A DNA stretch of 64,000 nucleotides from Sphyrna mokarran (lineage: Eukaryota), in assembly GCA_024679065.1 (NCBI GenBank), contig JAGIQG010000016.1, forward strand, positions 39,804,001-39,868,000, given 5' to 3'. A program made the translations under genes and the position numbers. Shown here in pieces: positions 62,496-64,000 of the stretch; position 1 is the first letter of the stretch, and each line of letters begins with the position of its first letter. The notes beneath the pieces were generated by a model, which saw nothing but the letters and a program-made list of their open reading frames with translations, was not told the DNA's origin and searched no databases.

Positions 62496-64000
62496 TCAAA
62501 ACAGAAGAAAGATTTAGGGGAAATTTTCCCAATCTGTCCACCACGAGAATAGAAGTAGATGAGGGGCAGACCATGGAAAGGTGGGATTTTCTGGTTTGAG
62601 GGCAAGTGTGTCCGAAAATTCCACTGAATTTCTGGTGAAGGGAGAAAAAATAATCAACAGAAAGGAAAAGTAAGAATTGAAAAAAAGTGACATTTTGAAA
62701 GACTGATCATTTCAAAACATGACAGCATGAGACTCCACAATTGTAATAGTTAATTTTTAGTGCTAGAGATGTTGATTGGCTGTTTTTGTCACATTGTTAA
62801 GAGAGTACTTACATTTGTAATGGCAAAACTGAACTTTCTGTCACAGGTTTAATAGACAATTAATGGGCAAATTGAATGATTTCTTAAAAACAAGAATAAG
62901 ATGTTTCGTACTTTTGTGAAGTTACTGACAGCAATGTTTATATATTCATATTTAATACATCTGCTCTCTCCCTGAAACTATTAGCCCTACACTTTATCCA
63001 CAAATAACAGTGACCACCAGCACTTCATTATTTTGCTTTTATTAAGACATATTCACTAAGTTAAATTTATTTCTATATAGTTAAATGGTCTAAATGCAAA
63101 AAGCGATCTCTAATTAATCTAAGAATGCTTTTAGCTAGTATCAATGTACTGAGAATCAGAATAATAGAATGCCTGTTTGCATCTATAATACCAAAAAGAG
63201 CAAGTGGATGATTGCAGGTGTGTCATTGGGCAAAACCAGACACCAGTGATGAGGGAGGATAAGCAGGTAGGTGAGTCATTAAGACACCACAAGGCACTCT
63301 TTCATTTATACATACACAGCAACACCACATCTTGTATAATTATCATTACAGCGCAAGGTGGAGGCTGCATCATGCATGACTAATGCTTTTCTACCTTGAG
63401 GTTTTTGGGTCTCTGATTACTGTATCCTGCTGTTTATTCAGAATGTCTTTTTCATGAAGGTTGAAAAGCCTGTACTTATGTCTCACCTTTTCAATAATCA
63501 ACCCTCCACTGACTTTCAGCTATCACTAATTAGGTGGCAGCCAAAATTTTGGTTTCCTGATGATGGGTTGAGATGCAGAGATTTAGTCAGCGCCATTTCA
63601 GTGGCTGTTTGTGTCTCATGCTGTCTGGTGGTGACTTGCTGTTTTCAATATATTTGCAGCCTCCAAATACTCATTACGCATTATTTTAAACAAATGTCAG
63701 GGTCCTGAGTGTTGATGTGTCCGTCATAGGGTTGGTCCACAGTTACTAGAGAAGGTTGATTTGGTACCAGAGCAGGTCCAGCTGGAGGTACGTCAGAGGG
63801 CAAGTTAAGGGGTTGTAAGGTCATGATAATGGAGGATCTAGGATCAGAGGAGGAAAATCCATGATGACAGGACTGGAATCAAGATGGAGAGGTAAAATGT
63901 TCTCTGTCAGTGTCACAGGGTCAAGGATGATGATAAGATGTTCAAGGGTGACAGAGGGGAGGCACACAATGATACATACAGGGTCAAGGATGATGGGCTC

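Overview
Repeat-dense vertebrate genomic DNA. It is very probably from a cartilaginous fish (shark), since it carries HE1-type V-SINEs, Deu-domain SINEs, CR1/L2/RTE/Rex1 LINE remnants, Penelope-like elements with minimal hammerhead motifs and a Ty3/Gypsy remnant. I could not identify any intact host gene. Two things stand out. (1) A ~13.7 kb composite block (43012-56690): an ~8 kb unprocessed, pseudogenised genomic piece with the 3' end of LSR and most of a FAM187B-like Ig gene. It is cut inside coding exons at both ends, and both cuts join directly to co-oriented 18-bp minisatellite arrays. The block appears to sit inside a C-rich minisatellite. (2) Two diverged CR1 LINEs (6440-9377, ~21764-24570) share an unusually long 3' UTR. 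It contains a candidate structured RNA and an embedded V-SINE lacking its B box, which moved as part of the LINE. Repeat boundaries were read by eye and are approximate. Gene and family names come from recognising motifs, not from database searches.
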